Positions 1 to 12,107 are shown, numbered from the stretch's first letter. The stretch is 64,000 nucleotides of DNA from Eledone cirrhosa (GCA_964016885.1 OZ024745.1:103354001-103418000), one strand, 5' to 3'. Made by a program: numbers and translations. Notes: generated by a model from the letters alone, not told the origin.

Positions 1-295
1 TGGGTTTAAGTGTCCTGATAAGGAATGAATTAAAATGGAAGAGAGAGGAGGTTTCTTAGATGGATGATTTGACAATGAAATCAGTGATCAGTATTTACTA
101 ATATTATATTAAGATGAGTCAGTATATTACTTAGATTTGCTGTAAATATATAAGACTTGAATATGATCATTAACTGAGCAACACACTTAGTCAATGCAAT
201 ACTGGTTCAAATATTAAATAAACTGCATTCTTTTACATTTACCCTCTTTAACTCTGCATCTTTCTCTCTCTTAATGTGTGTCTTTCTCATACTTT

Positions 296-653
296 CTGAC
301 ATACATTAAACCCAATTTAACAAAGAAAACCTCAGAAAAAAGGGAAGGTATTAAGAAAGCAAAGTTATTAAAATAGACAATATTTGGAATGGTAACTGTC
401 AGTGCTGGATTTAAGACAAATGAGGCCCTGTGCTAGTTAAGTTATGAGGCCTCTTACTTGGGCCCTGAAGGAGGTAAAAAGATTTTTTGGTCAGAATATG
501 GGCCTCATAACTTAACTAGCACAGGGCTTCATTTGTCTTAATTCCAGAACTGCCAGTTACCATTCTAAATATTGTCTTTCAATAACTTTGCTTTCTTAAT
601 ACCTTCCCTTTTTTCTGAGGTTTCCCAATTAAATTGGGTTTAATGTATGTCAG
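296..653. repeat. Long imperfect inverted repeat (arms 296-451 and 501-653, 49-bp spacer)
   Basis: ctgacatacattaaacccaattta...gttatgaggcc is the reverse complement, with scattered mismatches, of ggcctcataac...taaattgggtttaatgtatgtcag; inner part starts with a hAT-like end CAGTGCTGGATTTA at about 400. Confidence 0.92.
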
Positions 654-774
654 TTATATTTAATGAATCTAAGATTACATACAATATTGTTTTAATATTA
701 AAACTATTGTGTCTAATATCATACAAATGTATTCACAGCAATGTTTTTTTTTTTTTTTTTTTGTCATAGCAAAA

Positions 775-1660
775 TGTGTTTAAATATAAAAATGTGGACA
801 ATTGTCTCTAATGAAGAGCAAATGGAGACAAATTGATACATTTAGAAAAGCTACAGTTTACGTTTGCATTTCCAAAGGTAATTACAAGAACAGATAAAGA
901 AATATAAATTGGTATTTCTAAAATTCTCAATTAGTTGAAAAGATAAAATTTAAATAAAATTAAAAAAATCAACAAACATATATTCCAGTGTGATAGTTTT
1001 CCCTTAAAAGAATTTCTTTTCAAAAGCGACAGCATCCTCATCTCTGACTGAACTAAATTCACAACTATGTAAAAATAACAACTTGATTTAAAATCGCGGT
1101 TTCATGATACTTGTATCATTATCATTTAAAATAACAGCTATGTAAAATCTGTATATAAAATATTGGTAATATTGATATTATTATTATCTCTATGGCAGAG
1201 GTGAGGAACCATTTTATGTTGGAAGATTGCATTGAAGTCAAGTGTATTAAAAAAATATATTTTATAAAATAATATTAGTCATAAAAACTCTAATAAAATG
1301 TAAATAAATTTCAACAGGTACCATAAATTTTTAAAAGCTTGTTTAAATGTTATTGGGAACATGCTCATTTCTAAAGGGGTGAACATGATGACAAATAAAT
1401 CATTGTGCTAGGCTACAGATCACATTTCCATTTCTAGAAGTAATAGTAAATGTAGATAAAGAAATATAAATAGTTGGTTCTAAAATTCACAAGTAGTTCA
1501 AACGATTGGTTTTAAATAAAAATTTACTCATCAAAAGTATATTCCTGCATAATGATTTTCCATCAAACATTTTTTTTCAGAAAGCCACAGCCTTCGCATC
1601 TCTGATCTAAAATTTCAATAATGTAAAAATAACATTATTTAATGTCACAGTTTTGCAATA
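775..1660 (-). other. Old diverged direct duplication (about 775-1110 vs 1340-1660), possibly decayed exons
   Basis: Shared anchors agataaagaaatataaat, ttctaaaattc, catctctga and atgtaaaaataaca at about 565-bp spacing; minus-strand conceptual translations are similar but contain stops. Confidence 0.55.
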
Positions 1661-2039
1661 CTTTTATTTATGTAATGCAGTGCAACTTAAAAATAGAAAC
1701 TTAATCTAAAATCAAAAGTTCTAAGTATCATCAATTGCAGGTAAATTGTATTTGGCATTTGAAACATTGGAGAAACTGGACTGCTAATGACGAAATCTTT
1801 GACTTCTGTGATATCTGATCAGATCTAAATATCAGACGAGGCTCATGAGAGCACACATGGCTATTCCAGCATCTCAACTTTACAATTGTTCACCATAATA
1901 CTGCAAGTGTCTTGGCTTGTTTCCATTGATAAAGAAACAAATCTTATTCCTTTATTTAGCTTTTAATATAAATCACAGCAATTTTATCTAAAATCATGGT
2001 ATCATGATAATGCATTGCAATGTAAAAATAGCAACTTAA

Positions 2040-2460
2040 CCCTTTAGCATGTATATTACTCTATATATACTATTATATTTTCGCGGTAAAGGCGTTGCCT
2101 CACATAACTATCTCACATAATATTGAATCTATGAGATGTTGATATTATTTATTTTGAGGGCGGTGGATTGGCAGTATCGGTAGAGGGTCGGACGCTATGC
2201 TTTCCAGCATAGTTACATCACTTTACGATCTGAGTTCAAATCCCGCCGAGGTTGACTTTGCCTTTCATCCTTACGGGGGTTGATAAAATAAAGTACCAGT
2301 AATGAACTGGGTAATTGCTGGCCTTGTGCCTAAAGTAGAAACAATTATTTATTTTGAGAACAGTAACTTTACATAAGTATGAGTGACCAGTTATAGCCGG
2401 TTTGAACAGAAAGAGGTGAGAGAATTCTGGTCGGATACAGCTGGTTTAAATGCTAAAGGG
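2040..2460. mobile_element. piggyBac-type MITE interrupted by a SINE
   Basis: TTAA on both sides (2036-2039, 2461-2464); TIRs CCCTTTAGCAT/ATGCTAAAGGG; uninterrupted sibling at 3740-3958. Confidence 0.9.
2159..2343 (+). mobile_element. tRNA-derived CORE-type SINE (family A), full length
   Basis: A box TGGCAGTATCGG, B box GAGTTCAAATCCC, CORE-like gactttgcctttcatcct...gataaaataaagtaccag; 15-bp TSD attatttattttgag (2144-2158, 2344-2358). Confidence 0.92.
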
Positions 2461-2569
2461 TTAATCTAAAATCAGAAGCACCTAGTTCTGTGAAACAAGT
2501 GTTGGTGAATAAAATCCCAATGCTGTAAAACAAAATCTTATTAAATGGTGATAAAAACAAATTGTAACA

Positions 2570-2822
2570 AAAACAAAGCACCCAGTCCCCCCTGTTAGAT
2601 GGCTATTTTGGTACCATGATAAAAACCACTCAGTCCATGCTGTAACATGGTTGGCATTAGGGAGGGCATCCAGCCATAGAAGCCAAGCCAAAGTAAATTT
2701 GTATGAGCAAAACATGGTCAACTGACCAAACTTGCCTCGTTACATGACAACACATCTAACCCATGCAAGCATGGAAAAATAGACATCAAACAATGATGAT
2801 GATGATGATGATGATGATGATA
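2570..2822 (+). mobile_element. RTE LINE 3' UTR fragment with (GAT)n tail
   Basis: ttggcattagggagggcatccagc...aacccatgcaagcatggaa...(gat)n matches the 3' end of the RTE at 22691-25103. Confidence 0.8.
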
Positions 2823-3739
2823 CTGCACCAAAAGTCACATCAATATTTATTAATCAATAGTTTGAAATTGTTTACCTTACAAAATTGTTTTTCAGCAAGT
2901 TAAATGACTGCATCTAAAGCAGAAGAACAGTTATCTTAAACTAGTGAAGTCTTGCAATGTTTGTAATGGGTCAAATGGAAAGCTATAAATGAACTGCTTG
3001 TGTTGAACTGCTCATGTCATATAATTTCATGTACTCTAACTCATCCTAAGCTTTTATTATTCACAGTGACCCCTTGGCGTTGGCATCTTAATCCAGAACA
3101 ATGCTAGCTTATGTCAAGTAATTTACCACACTACTGAACCAGATAGAGAACTGAAATTCCCCAAACTCCTTAGGGTGTTTCCCTTGTACTTTTTTAGAAG
3201 GTCTAACTCAAGCTGGGGCAACTAATTTGTTTGCTATCCCTCCAGTGGACAATCTCATGTATGGTTTGGTTATATTAAGTCATTTATTCCCTTTTGGTAC
3301 TCTTTTGTCTGTCCTTCACATTTTTATGTATATTAGCCAGAAAAAAAAAGCAGCCAAATCTTCCTCTAATCACACTCTAACATATTAAAAAGAATTAGAA
3401 AGAAAATTCATCCAGGGTAGTTCTAAATATACAAAAAGATAAGATGGTCACGATTTTATTATGTATATAAAGCAAACCAAAATGAAGCTGAAAGTTGGAT
3501 GGAGTTTGGGAAGAAAAAGAATTTTGTTCATGTTTGTTTCATATAGCTGTTACCACAGCTTTGTGAGTTGGTAGAATTGATAGTCAAGAAGGCCTGCTAA
3601 AGGCCTGTCAGAAAGATATATTATCAGTATTAAAGTCAGAAAGAAGTATGGTCAGTGTTAAAGTCAGAAATATTGTTTCCTTTCTATTTCCCCACTTTTT
3701 TTTATCAGTTTCTTTCTCTATGTTGTGTTTTTGATTTAA

Positions 3740-3958
3740 CCCTTTAGCATTTACATTACTCTATATTTACTATTGTTTTTTCACAGTAAAGACTTTATCT
3801 TACACAATTATCTTACATAATATCGAATCTATGAGATTTTGATGATTTTTATTTTGAAAACAAAACCTCATTGTAGGTATGAACAGCCAGTTACAGCCGG
3901 TTTGAACAAGGAGGTGAGAGAATTCTGACCAGATATGGCCAGTTTAAATGCTAAAGGG
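3740..3958. mobile_element. piggyBac-type MITE (intact, about 220 bp)
   Basis: TTAA TSD and CCCTTTAGCATTTA/TAAATGCTAAAGGG TIRs. Confidence 0.9.
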
Positions 3959-4387
3959 TTAAACTAGGTATACATATCTCTGCATCCCTGTAACCCTGAA
4001 TGTTGGAAGAGGGGACTAAAATGGTTCATGTCAGGAAGGGGCATCTAACTATAAAACATTCCCTAAAGAAGGACTCCACACTGATAAGGAAACCTGTTTT
4101 TGAGGCCTGCATGGCTAACATCTGCTTTAGCAAGATAAAAATGGCCTTGAAACTATTGTTGATATTGGTTCCTTTCTCAAATTATTATTCTCAATCTGTT
4201 ATTCTGTTGTAGTCTTTCTTTCTTTTATTCTGTTATTCCAAGTTAAAAATAAATCTCAGAAATGGAAAGAAGTAAACAGAAAAAAAGCCTAAAAAATAAA
4301 ATAAGATAATTGTGATGACATCTATCTGACGTTACAAATAATTTCCCTTATCAACTAAAACTGACTGTCTGTCTTGTCTTTCATTTT

Positions 4388-4455
4388 GTGTATATATAGT
4401 TATATATATACACACACATATACATACATGTATATATACATATATATACACATAC

Positions 4456-4486
<31 letters not shown>

Positions 4487-4557
4487 CATACATATACGTA
4501 TATATATATATATACATATATATATACATATATATATATACATACATATATACATAC

Positions 4558-4588
<31 letters not shown>

Positions 4589-4631
4589 CATATATATACA
4601 TATATATATATACATACATATATATACATAT

Positions 4632-4662
<31 letters not shown>

Positions 4663-4820
4663 CATACACACACACACACACACATATATATATACGCATA
4701 CATATATATATATGCGTGCGTGTGTGTATGTATGTAGATATGCATGTGTGTGTATTAACACACTCACCCAAATACATACATTCAGACACACACACATGTA
4801 CAGACATACTTACATACAGA
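4388..4820. repeat. Compound (TA)n/(TACA)n/(CA)n microsatellite
   Basis: Directly visible; explains the YI/HI-repeat ORFs. Confidence 0.95.
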
Positions 4821-5040
4821 CAGATTTAAAGCTAATTTATCATTTCTTTGTTAAGAATTAATCAAATCATGGGTATTTATAGCAACAAAAGCCTTGCCTG
4901 TTCAATTTATGATACATAATTTACCATCATAATAACTACAGGCATTTAATAATCTCAATACCTGGCCTTTTCAAATCCATTGTTAACAAAAATGTATTTG
5001 AATGGGAGATGAGATATATTAGTTTGATTTTTATGGGCTT

Positions 5041-6709
5041 TTATTATTATTATTATTGTTGTTGTTATTCCTTGAATCTCAGTCATTGATGTTGGTTAAC
5101 TGGAAAGTCCGTTGGATTGAATATCAAGCCACTACCTGCAGCCTCAGATATTCAGGACGTATCGGAGGGTTCTTGCTGTTCCAAGCAAGCATGCCTTTTG
5201 AAGCGTTCCAAAAAGCGTGAAGGGGCCGATTTTCTTTAACCATCCCTGGAAACTTTTGGAGATAGTCCCCAGTGCGCCTATGACAATCGGGATCACTTTG
5301 ACTTCATGGCAGTTCCAAATCCTTTTCACCTCCCACTTTAGGTCCTGGTATCGGTTAATTTTCTCCCTCTCCTTCTCTTGCACTCTCGTGTCGAACGGGC
5401 AGGCCACATCCACAATCAGGCACGATCTTTTTTCTTTGTCCACAACCACCAGGTCAGGTCTATTGTGTTCCAGTTTTTTGTCCGTCTGTATCCTAAAATC
5501 CCACAGCACCTTCACCTGATTGTTCTCCATCACCGCCTCTGGCCTATGCTCATACCATTTCTCAGAATGTGGTAAATTGTTTACTTTGCACAGGTGCCAG
5601 TGGATCACCCTGCCCATCACATCGTGTCTCCAGCCCTTATAGTGGGTCTGGGCTAGGTGTTTACACTCGGACACAATGTGAGCCACAGTCTCCTCTCTCT
5701 CTCCACAGATCCTGCACAGTGGGCTAGCCTCCTCCTTGTAGATATGGTGCTTCAACCACTTCGTTTTGAGGGCCTGCTCCTGCGCAGCCATTAGCATTCC
5801 TTCTGTAGCCTTTTTGAGGTCTCCTCTTCTCAACCAGTTCCATGTCTGTGGATCTCTAAATTCAGTTTTCTCAAAGAAGGTACTATGAAGGGATTTTCCC
5901 CTAAGGCTGCTCTTCCTCCTTGATGTTATTTCCTCCTTGGACATCCCCTGGCCTACTGTCCCCTCCTTCAGTACAGTTCTGCGCATTGGCTCCTTACTAT
6001 AGGTCACGTATTTGTATAGGTTGTTTTTCTCCATCTGAACACAGTCCTCTATGCTGATAAGACCTCTTCCACCCTCAGATCTCCTTAGGTAGAGTCTATC
6101 GACATCACTCCTCTTGTGGAACATGTTGTAGATAGTCAATAGCTTCCTAGTCTTCCTATCCATTTCTTTTTGTTCAGCAACATTCCATCTCAGAATTCCC
6201 GCACTGTACCTAATAATAGACACAGCTCGGGAATTTACTGCGCTTATGGCATTTCTACTGTTCAGATGTGACTTCAATACGCTCCTTACTCTCCGAATGT
6301 ATTCAGTTCTTAACAATTCCTTCATTTTTTTGTTCTTTATGCCATCAGCCTCCAGAACGCCCAAATACTTGTATCCTTCCTCAGAGTCAATTTCCTTTAT
6401 CATCTCACCTGTTGGTATCTGGATCCCATTACTTCTGCTCAACCTACCCCTCTTCATCACAATGACTCCACATTTACCAATACCAAACTGCATACATATA
6501 TCACTGCTGAAAATACGGACAGTGTCAACAAGCACATCCAACTCCTTCTCACTTTTCCCGAAGAGCTTAAGATCGTCCATGAAGAGGAGGTGATTGATGG
6601 TAAGCTCTCCCCTTCCCAACTTGTATCCTGCTCTCACTTTTCGCAGCATAATGGTCAAGGGCATCAGGGCAAGGACAAACAACAGAGGGGACAGGCTATC
6701 TCCCTGGAA

Positions 6710-6710
<1 letters not shown>
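5041..6710 (-). mobile_element. R4/Dong-clade non-LTR retrotransposon, 5'-truncated, in (TAA)n
   Basis: RT (FQGDSLSPLLF, FMDD), CCHC knuckle CRICGEREETVAHIVSEC, RHD, restriction-like endonuclease RPDLVVVD...IVDVACP...EKINRY; (TAA)n at both ends. Confidence 0.9.
5144..6709 (-). CDS. Partial retrotransposon ORF (RT C-terminal half, zinc knuckle, RLE), uninterrupted
   Basis: 512-aa ORF in the track, still open upstream to the truncation point; stop at 5144. Confidence 0.85.
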   Translation of the reverse strand, partial: FQGDSLSPLLFVLALMPLTIMLRKVRAGYKLGRGELTINHLLFMDDLKLFGKSEKELDVLVDTVRIFSSDICMQFGIGKCGVIVMKRGRLSRSNGIQIPTGEMIKEIDSEEGYKYLGVLEADGIKNKKMKELLRTEYIRRVRSVLKSHLNSRNAISAVNSRAVSIIRYSAGILRWNVAEQKEMDRKTRKLLTIYNMFHKRSDVDRLYLRRSEGGRGLISIEDCVQMEKNNLYKYVTYSKEPMRRTVLKEGTVGQGMSKEEITSRRKSSLRGKSLHSTFFEKTEFRDPQTWNWLRRGDLKKATEGMLMAAQEQALKTKWLKHHIYKEEASPLCRICGEREETVAHIVSECKHLAQTHYKGWRHDVMGRVIHWHLCKVNNLPHSEKWYEHRPEAVMENNQVKVLWDFRIQTDKKLEHNRPDLVVVDKEKRSCLIVDVACPFDTRVQEKEREKINRYQDLKWEVKRIWNCHEVKVIPIVIGALGTISKSFQGWLKKIGPFTLFGTLQKACLLGTARTLRYVLNI

Positions 6711-6761
<51 letters not shown>

Positions 6762-7232
6762 TTCTTGAAGGGCGGTGGATTGGCAGTATCGGTAGAGGGT
6801 CGGACGCCATGCTTTGATGCATAGAGTTACGGCCCTTGCCATTCTGAGTTCAAATCCCGCCGAGGTTAACTTTGCCTTTCCTCCTTATGGGGGTCGATAA
6901 AATAAAGTACCAGTAATGCACTGGGTAATTGCAGGCCTTGTGCCAAAAGTAGAAACAATTATTATTTTCTTGAAGTCTCAGTCATTGATGTTATTTAACT
7001 GGGAAGTTTGTTCAAATAAACATCAAGTTGCTACCTGCAGCTTCAGATATTCAGGACGTATTGAAGGGTTCTTGCTGTTCCCAGCAAGTATGCCTTTTGA
7101 AGTGTTCCAAAAAAGAGGGCTGGACTAATGTTCTTTAACCATCCTTGAAAACTCTTTGAGATAGTACCTAGTGTGCTCCTATGACATTCGGGACGATCTT
7201 GATCTCATGACAGTCCCAAATCCTTTTTAATT
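6711..7232 (-). mobile_element. Second, older Dong 3' fragment with (TAA)n tail, interrupted by a SINE
   Basis: 6976-7232 aligns by eye to 5075-5330 (tctcagtcattgatg...ctacctgcagc..cagatattcaggacgtat). Confidence 0.85.
6771..6957 (+). mobile_element. CORE-type SINE (family A), full length
   Basis: Same sequence as 2159-2343; 18-bp TSD attattattttcttgaag (6753-6770, 6958-6975). Confidence 0.92.
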
Positions 7233-7235
7233 CCT

Positions 7236-7336
7236 AGCGTCAGACACCATGCTTTGCAGCATAGAGTTATGGCCATTTACGTTATTGTGCCAAAAGTAGA
7301 AACATTATTATTATTATTATTATTATTAAAAGAAAG

Positions 7337-7388
<52 letters not shown>

Positions 7389-7780
7389 GGCAGTATCGGT
7401 AGAGCGTCGGGCATCTTTCTTCATGACAGAGAGCTGCAGCCCTTTACGTTCTGAGTTCAACTCCTGCCAATGTTAGTTTTGCCTTACGGGGTCGATAAAA
7501 TAAAGCACAAGTAAGACACAGAGGTCAATGTAATCGACTTTCCCCTCCCCCAAAATTGTTGGCCTTGTGCCTATAGTTACGACCCTTTATGTTCTGAGAT
7601 CAAATCCTGCCGAGGTTATCTTCTTTTCATCCTTATGGGATCAATAAAAAAAGTACCAGTCAAGTGCTGGGGTCGATAAAATAAAGTACTAATCCTGTGC
7701 TGGGGTTGATAAAGTACCAATCAAGTGCTGGGGTCAGTCATCAATTGTTAGTCATGTGCCTCGATTAGAAATTATTATTT
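7236..7780 (+). mobile_element. Cluster of partial family A SINEs with (ATT)n tracts
   Basis: Repeated A/B boxes and CORE pieces (ggggtcgataaa, aagtaccag). Confidence 0.8.
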
Positions 7781-8351
7781 ATTCCTTTATTTATTCACAA
7801 GAATACAGAGTCCCTCAATTCATATCCAACTAATTCTTCTGGTAGATTATTTTATTCTTTCTTTTTTTTCAATGCAGTACTGCTCTATACATGGATAGTT
7901 CCAGTAGTATGTTAATTTGTTTTGTTGTAGTTTTCTGTAAGAGGATGTTTGATATTTGCTTAACCCTTCTCCATTTCTGGAGAAAGAGACATTTTCAGTA
8001 ATCCCTGGTGACATTTCTCACATAGTAGCATAATGGATTCTGAGAAAGAAAGAAAGAAAGACAAATTTACTGGTATTTTGCTGACCTACAAAAGGATGAA
8101 TGTAAACTTGACCCCAGTGGGATTTGAATTCAGAGAACCGGAACAAATACTGCAAATAATTCTATCTGATGATCTAATGACACTATTAAATCACGTTACT
8201 GCAAAGATTTATGTCCTTCTATGGACAAGACAAATCAATCTGTTTCAGAAATTTTTTCTTTAAGCTGAACATTTTTTATTATTTCTTTGAAAGTGTAGAA
8301 ATCTCAAACACAGAAGATGATTGTAAACAACACAATTTTATATATATATAG

Positions 8352-8745
8352 TAATAATTGTTTCTACTTTACCCAGTGCGTTACTGGTACTTTATTTTAT
8401 CGACCCCGTAAGGATGAAAAGCAAAGTCAACTTCGGCAGGATTTGAACTCAGATCGTAAAGGGACGTAACTATGCTGGAAAGCATGGCGTCCAACCCTCT
8501 ACCGATACTGCCAATCCACCGCCCTTATATATAGTAATAATAATAGTAATAATAATAATTGTTTCTACTTTTGGCACAAGGCCAGCAATTCACCAGTAGA
8601 TTACTGGTACTTTATTTTATCGACCCCATAAGGATGAAAGGCAAAGCTAACCTCGGCGGGATTTGAACTCAGAATGGCAAGGGCCGTAACTCTATGCGTC
8701 AAAGCATGGTGTCCGACCCTCTACCGATACTGCCAATTCACCGAA
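8352..8745 (-). mobile_element. Two tandem family A SINEs
   Basis: Reverse complements of the 2159 SINE at about 8352-8525 and 8555-8745. Confidence 0.9.
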
Positions 8746-8784
8746 TAATAATGATATTATATATATATATATAACTGTTTTAAA

Positions 8785-8916
8785 TAATAGCTTAGAAAGT
8801 TGAGTAAAAATCCCTATAGATGGAAAAAGGTGGCCAGCAGCTGCTATGAGGAATCAAACTTCATACCTCTCAAATTCCTTCTGTAGGGTTTTTTTACCTA
8901 ATTTTCTAAACTATTA
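8785..8916. repeat. Small fold-back element with about 36-bp imperfect arms
   Basis: taatagcttagaaagttgagtaaaaatccctataga vs tctgtagggttttttacctaattttctaaactatta. Confidence 0.7.
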
Positions 8917-9329
8917 TCTTTAGCAATTGACTGGGTTTACAGTTATTTTCTACATTTGAGATTTCTATATTTCCAAAGAATTTCAATCAACTCTGATAGT
9001 TTATCTTCGAAATGGGACTGATAACATAAAATACCAGTTAAATACTGGGGATTAAAGTGCCACTGCATTCAGTGGCAGGTTGTGGGTTTTGGCTGCTATG
9101 CACAGTAACTAAGTGATGATGTCCTTTAGCATCAATTTACAGTTCATTTCACTGAAACTTATATTTGTAGTTCACTAGGAGTCATAACACACGCATTCAT
9201 ATGAATCACTACCTCCTTACAGACAACTGACACTGCATACCAGGTCCACACACAGAAGAGCTGAACTCCCACTGCCATGGCCTCCATTTCTCTCACCCTC
9301 CCTATCTCTCTGTATAATGAGCAAATGGG

Positions 9330-9620
9330 GTCCCATGTGCTGGCTGCCCCATGGCCCCGGCAGACAGAATGGAGAAGGCGTTTCCCTGGAGGATGGTAAG
9401 GGAGATGTGCTGGAAGAACCATTCCATCTCATGAGGCTCACACCTGCAGCTAGCCAGCTCAGCATCTATGGTGGTAAGTAGGGAGATAACCCTAGAGCCA
9501 AGGACACCAGAAGTCTCCACTGTTAGGGGCTCGACTGCAGCTATGTTTTCCTTTAAACTTAACATATTTTTTACTACAGCAACACAATTTCCTCCACCCC
9601 AACCCTGTGGAGTCTTCACA
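9330..9620 (-). mobile_element. CRE-clade non-LTR retrotransposon 3' remnant (RLE C-terminus)
   Basis: PLTVETSGVLG...EMEWFFQHISLTILQGNAFSIL fits the CRE consensus P.A.ET.G..G...FQRLS..IQRGNA. Confidence 0.75.
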
Positions 9621-9644
9621 CCCCATACACTTCATACTACGCTA

Positions 9645-10220
9645 CTGATTACATTGACCAACTGATGAACATGGCAATAGTTGATCAATTCATTTACCAA
9701 CACAACAGCTGTTCACTACACTGACCAACACAACTGATGTTCACTTCATTGACCAACACAATAGATGTTCACTACACTGACCAACACAACATATGTTTAC
9801 TACACTGACCAATACTTCAATATTTGATCAATACATTGACCAATACAACAGTACATAATGACTACATTGACCAATACAACAGTACATAATGACTACATTG
9901 ACCAATATAACAGTAGATAATGACTACATTGACCAATACAACAGTAGATAATGACTACTTTGACCAATATAACAGTAGATAATGACTACATTGACCAATA
10001 TAACAGTAGATAATGACTACATTGACCAATATAACAGTAGATAATGACTACATTGACCAATACAACAGTAGATAATGACTACTTTGACCAATACAACAGT
10101 AGATAGTGACTACATTGACCAATACAACAATAGCTGATCACAATATTGACCAATACAACAGTAGATAATGACTACATTGACCAATACAACAGTAGATAAC
10201 GACTACATTGACCAATACAG
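9645..10220. repeat. 31-bp minisatellite attgaccaatacaacagtagataatgactac
   Basis: Period 31 (9835 to 9866); about 12 homogeneous units preceded by diverged units. Confidence 0.95.
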
Positions 10221-11165
10221 TTACTGAAAATAAACTCAGAACAATATCTTTGTCTTCAATCATAAAATCATGCTGGTAGGGTTGGAGGTGGGGAGAGAAA
10301 TAAATCATTCTAAATTGTTTCTGAGAAGAAAAGATATTTGTAATTAAATTAAAACACAAAATAGTTTGCCATTTGCCAAATGGTATAGATTAGATAAATG
10401 CAATTATTTATTGAGGAAAGCATTGTTACTGTCATACTTTACTATAGATAAAGTAATTGATGAAATGGCAAGGAAATTGGGGGATGTTAAAGAGTTGCTT
10501 GAGATAAAGTAATCTATTCTTTTGCAGAAAAGATGGAAAATATTTCAATATTTGGATTTTCTTGAAAAGGGTGAAAAAAATTGGAAAATTAAAAAAATAT
10601 AAATGGATGTTGAAAATGTAGTTTTGTTTTTAGTTTTAAAATGAAGACTTTGATAAAATGAAACTTATATCAAAAGAAATAATTATATACTGCGCACATG
10701 CACACAAACACACACACACACATGTATGTATGAATATTTATATATATATATATGTGTGTGTTTTTGTTATATATAATATATGTGTGTCTGTGTGTGTATT
10801 TTGTTTATATATGTGTGTGTTTTGTATATATATATATATATTTATGTGTATATATGTATATATGTATATATATATATTATTAAAGTTGTTGTTTTCCGGT
10901 CGCTGGTGGTGGTGGATGGTGGTGGCAGCTGATATCGTTGTTGTGTTGTGTGTGTGTGTGTTTTGTTATTTTTTTTTTTTTTTTTTTTTTATCGTTTGAT
11001 GCTGCTGTTTTTGTTGTAAATGTTCATTTCAATTCATTCTGAAGCTGTTGTTGCTGTAAACATTAGTGCCGGTGTTGTTGTAGATGTTGGGGTTGAAATC
11101 TGGTCGTTTGACATACATATATACAATATATTAACAAATGGAAACTATATTTATAAAACCATATT

Positions 11166-11231
11166 TATTTCATTCTACATATTTCAAGGGCCACCAGAGC
11201 AAACTATGGTGCGCTTTCATCAGATAAAATA
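11166..11231 (-). ncRNA. Minimal type I hammerhead ribozyme motif, cleavage triplet mutated
   Basis: tattttat-CTGATGA-aagcgcacca/tggtggccctt-GAAA-t-atgt-aga-atgaaata; homologous to 19992-20057. Confidence 0.7.
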
Positions 11232-11505
11232 TAACATAGGTTAGTTTTATAAATAAATATTGACATTATATATATATACAGACACACACATTCAACACAG
11301 AGTAGAGAGTTTGACAACAGGTCGGTGACTTTAGTCTTGATAAGGTAATGACATGTGATGGTGGGGAGAGAGTGTAGATGTTATTGTGGTGGCGGGGAAC
11401 AGTGAGATGTATCTAGTTCATTTGTCCGTTTTTTTCTCTTTGCAAAATTTCAATTTTAGCCATGTTATATTGAGATGTAAATAAATGTAAAATGAAAAAT
11501 ATAAA

Positions 11506-11850
11506 TAATAATAATTGTTTCTACGTTATGCACGAGGCCAGCAATTATCCCAGTGTATTACTGCTACTTTATTTTATCGACCCCGTAAGGATGAAAGGCA
11601 AAGTTAATCTCGGTGGAATTTGAACTCAGAATGGCCGTAACTCTATGGGTCAAAGCATGGCGTCCGACCCTCTACCAATACTGCCAATCCACTAATAATA
11701 ATTTTTCTGCTTTTGGCACGGAGCCAGCGACTGTCCCAGCGCATTACTGGTGCTCTCTTTTGTTGACTCCGTGGGGATGAAAGGCAAGGTTGACCTCGGC
11801 GGGATTTGAGTTCGGGGCATGGAGAGCCATAGCTCTATGCTGTAAAGCAA
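11506..11850 (-). mobile_element. Two tandem family A SINEs (second truncated)
   Basis: Reverse-complement matches to the family A SINE. Confidence 0.85.
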
Positions 11851-11939
11851 TTATAATAATACAAACGGCTTCAACTATACAAACTCTTGAAAGTCAACAG
11901 TTGACATAATCTTGTAATCTTGTATCAGTAATGACGGTA

Positions 11940-11973
<34 letters not shown>

Positions 11974-12107
11974 AAGTGAGTAGCGTGTGTGTGTTTGTTT
12001 GTATGTATGAGTGTTGGTGTGTGCGCGCGTATGTATGTGTGCGCGTGTGTGTATGTCATATGTATAAGTATCAATAAGTGAGTTTTTTTTTTTTTTATGC
12101 GCGGGGA

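Noticed and set aside
2159-2250. tRNA genes at SINE heads
   Set aside because: A/B boxes only, no complete cloverleaf, followed by SINE body and TSDs
4332-4829. YI/HI/VC-repeat ORFs (also about 10.7, 25.2-25.9, 31, 32.3, 34 and 53.7 kb)
   Set aside because: Translations of dinucleotide microsatellites
9645-10220. CRISPR-like array (also considered for 26-31 kb)
   Set aside because: Head-to-tail repeats with no unique spacers, no cas genes, eukaryotic context
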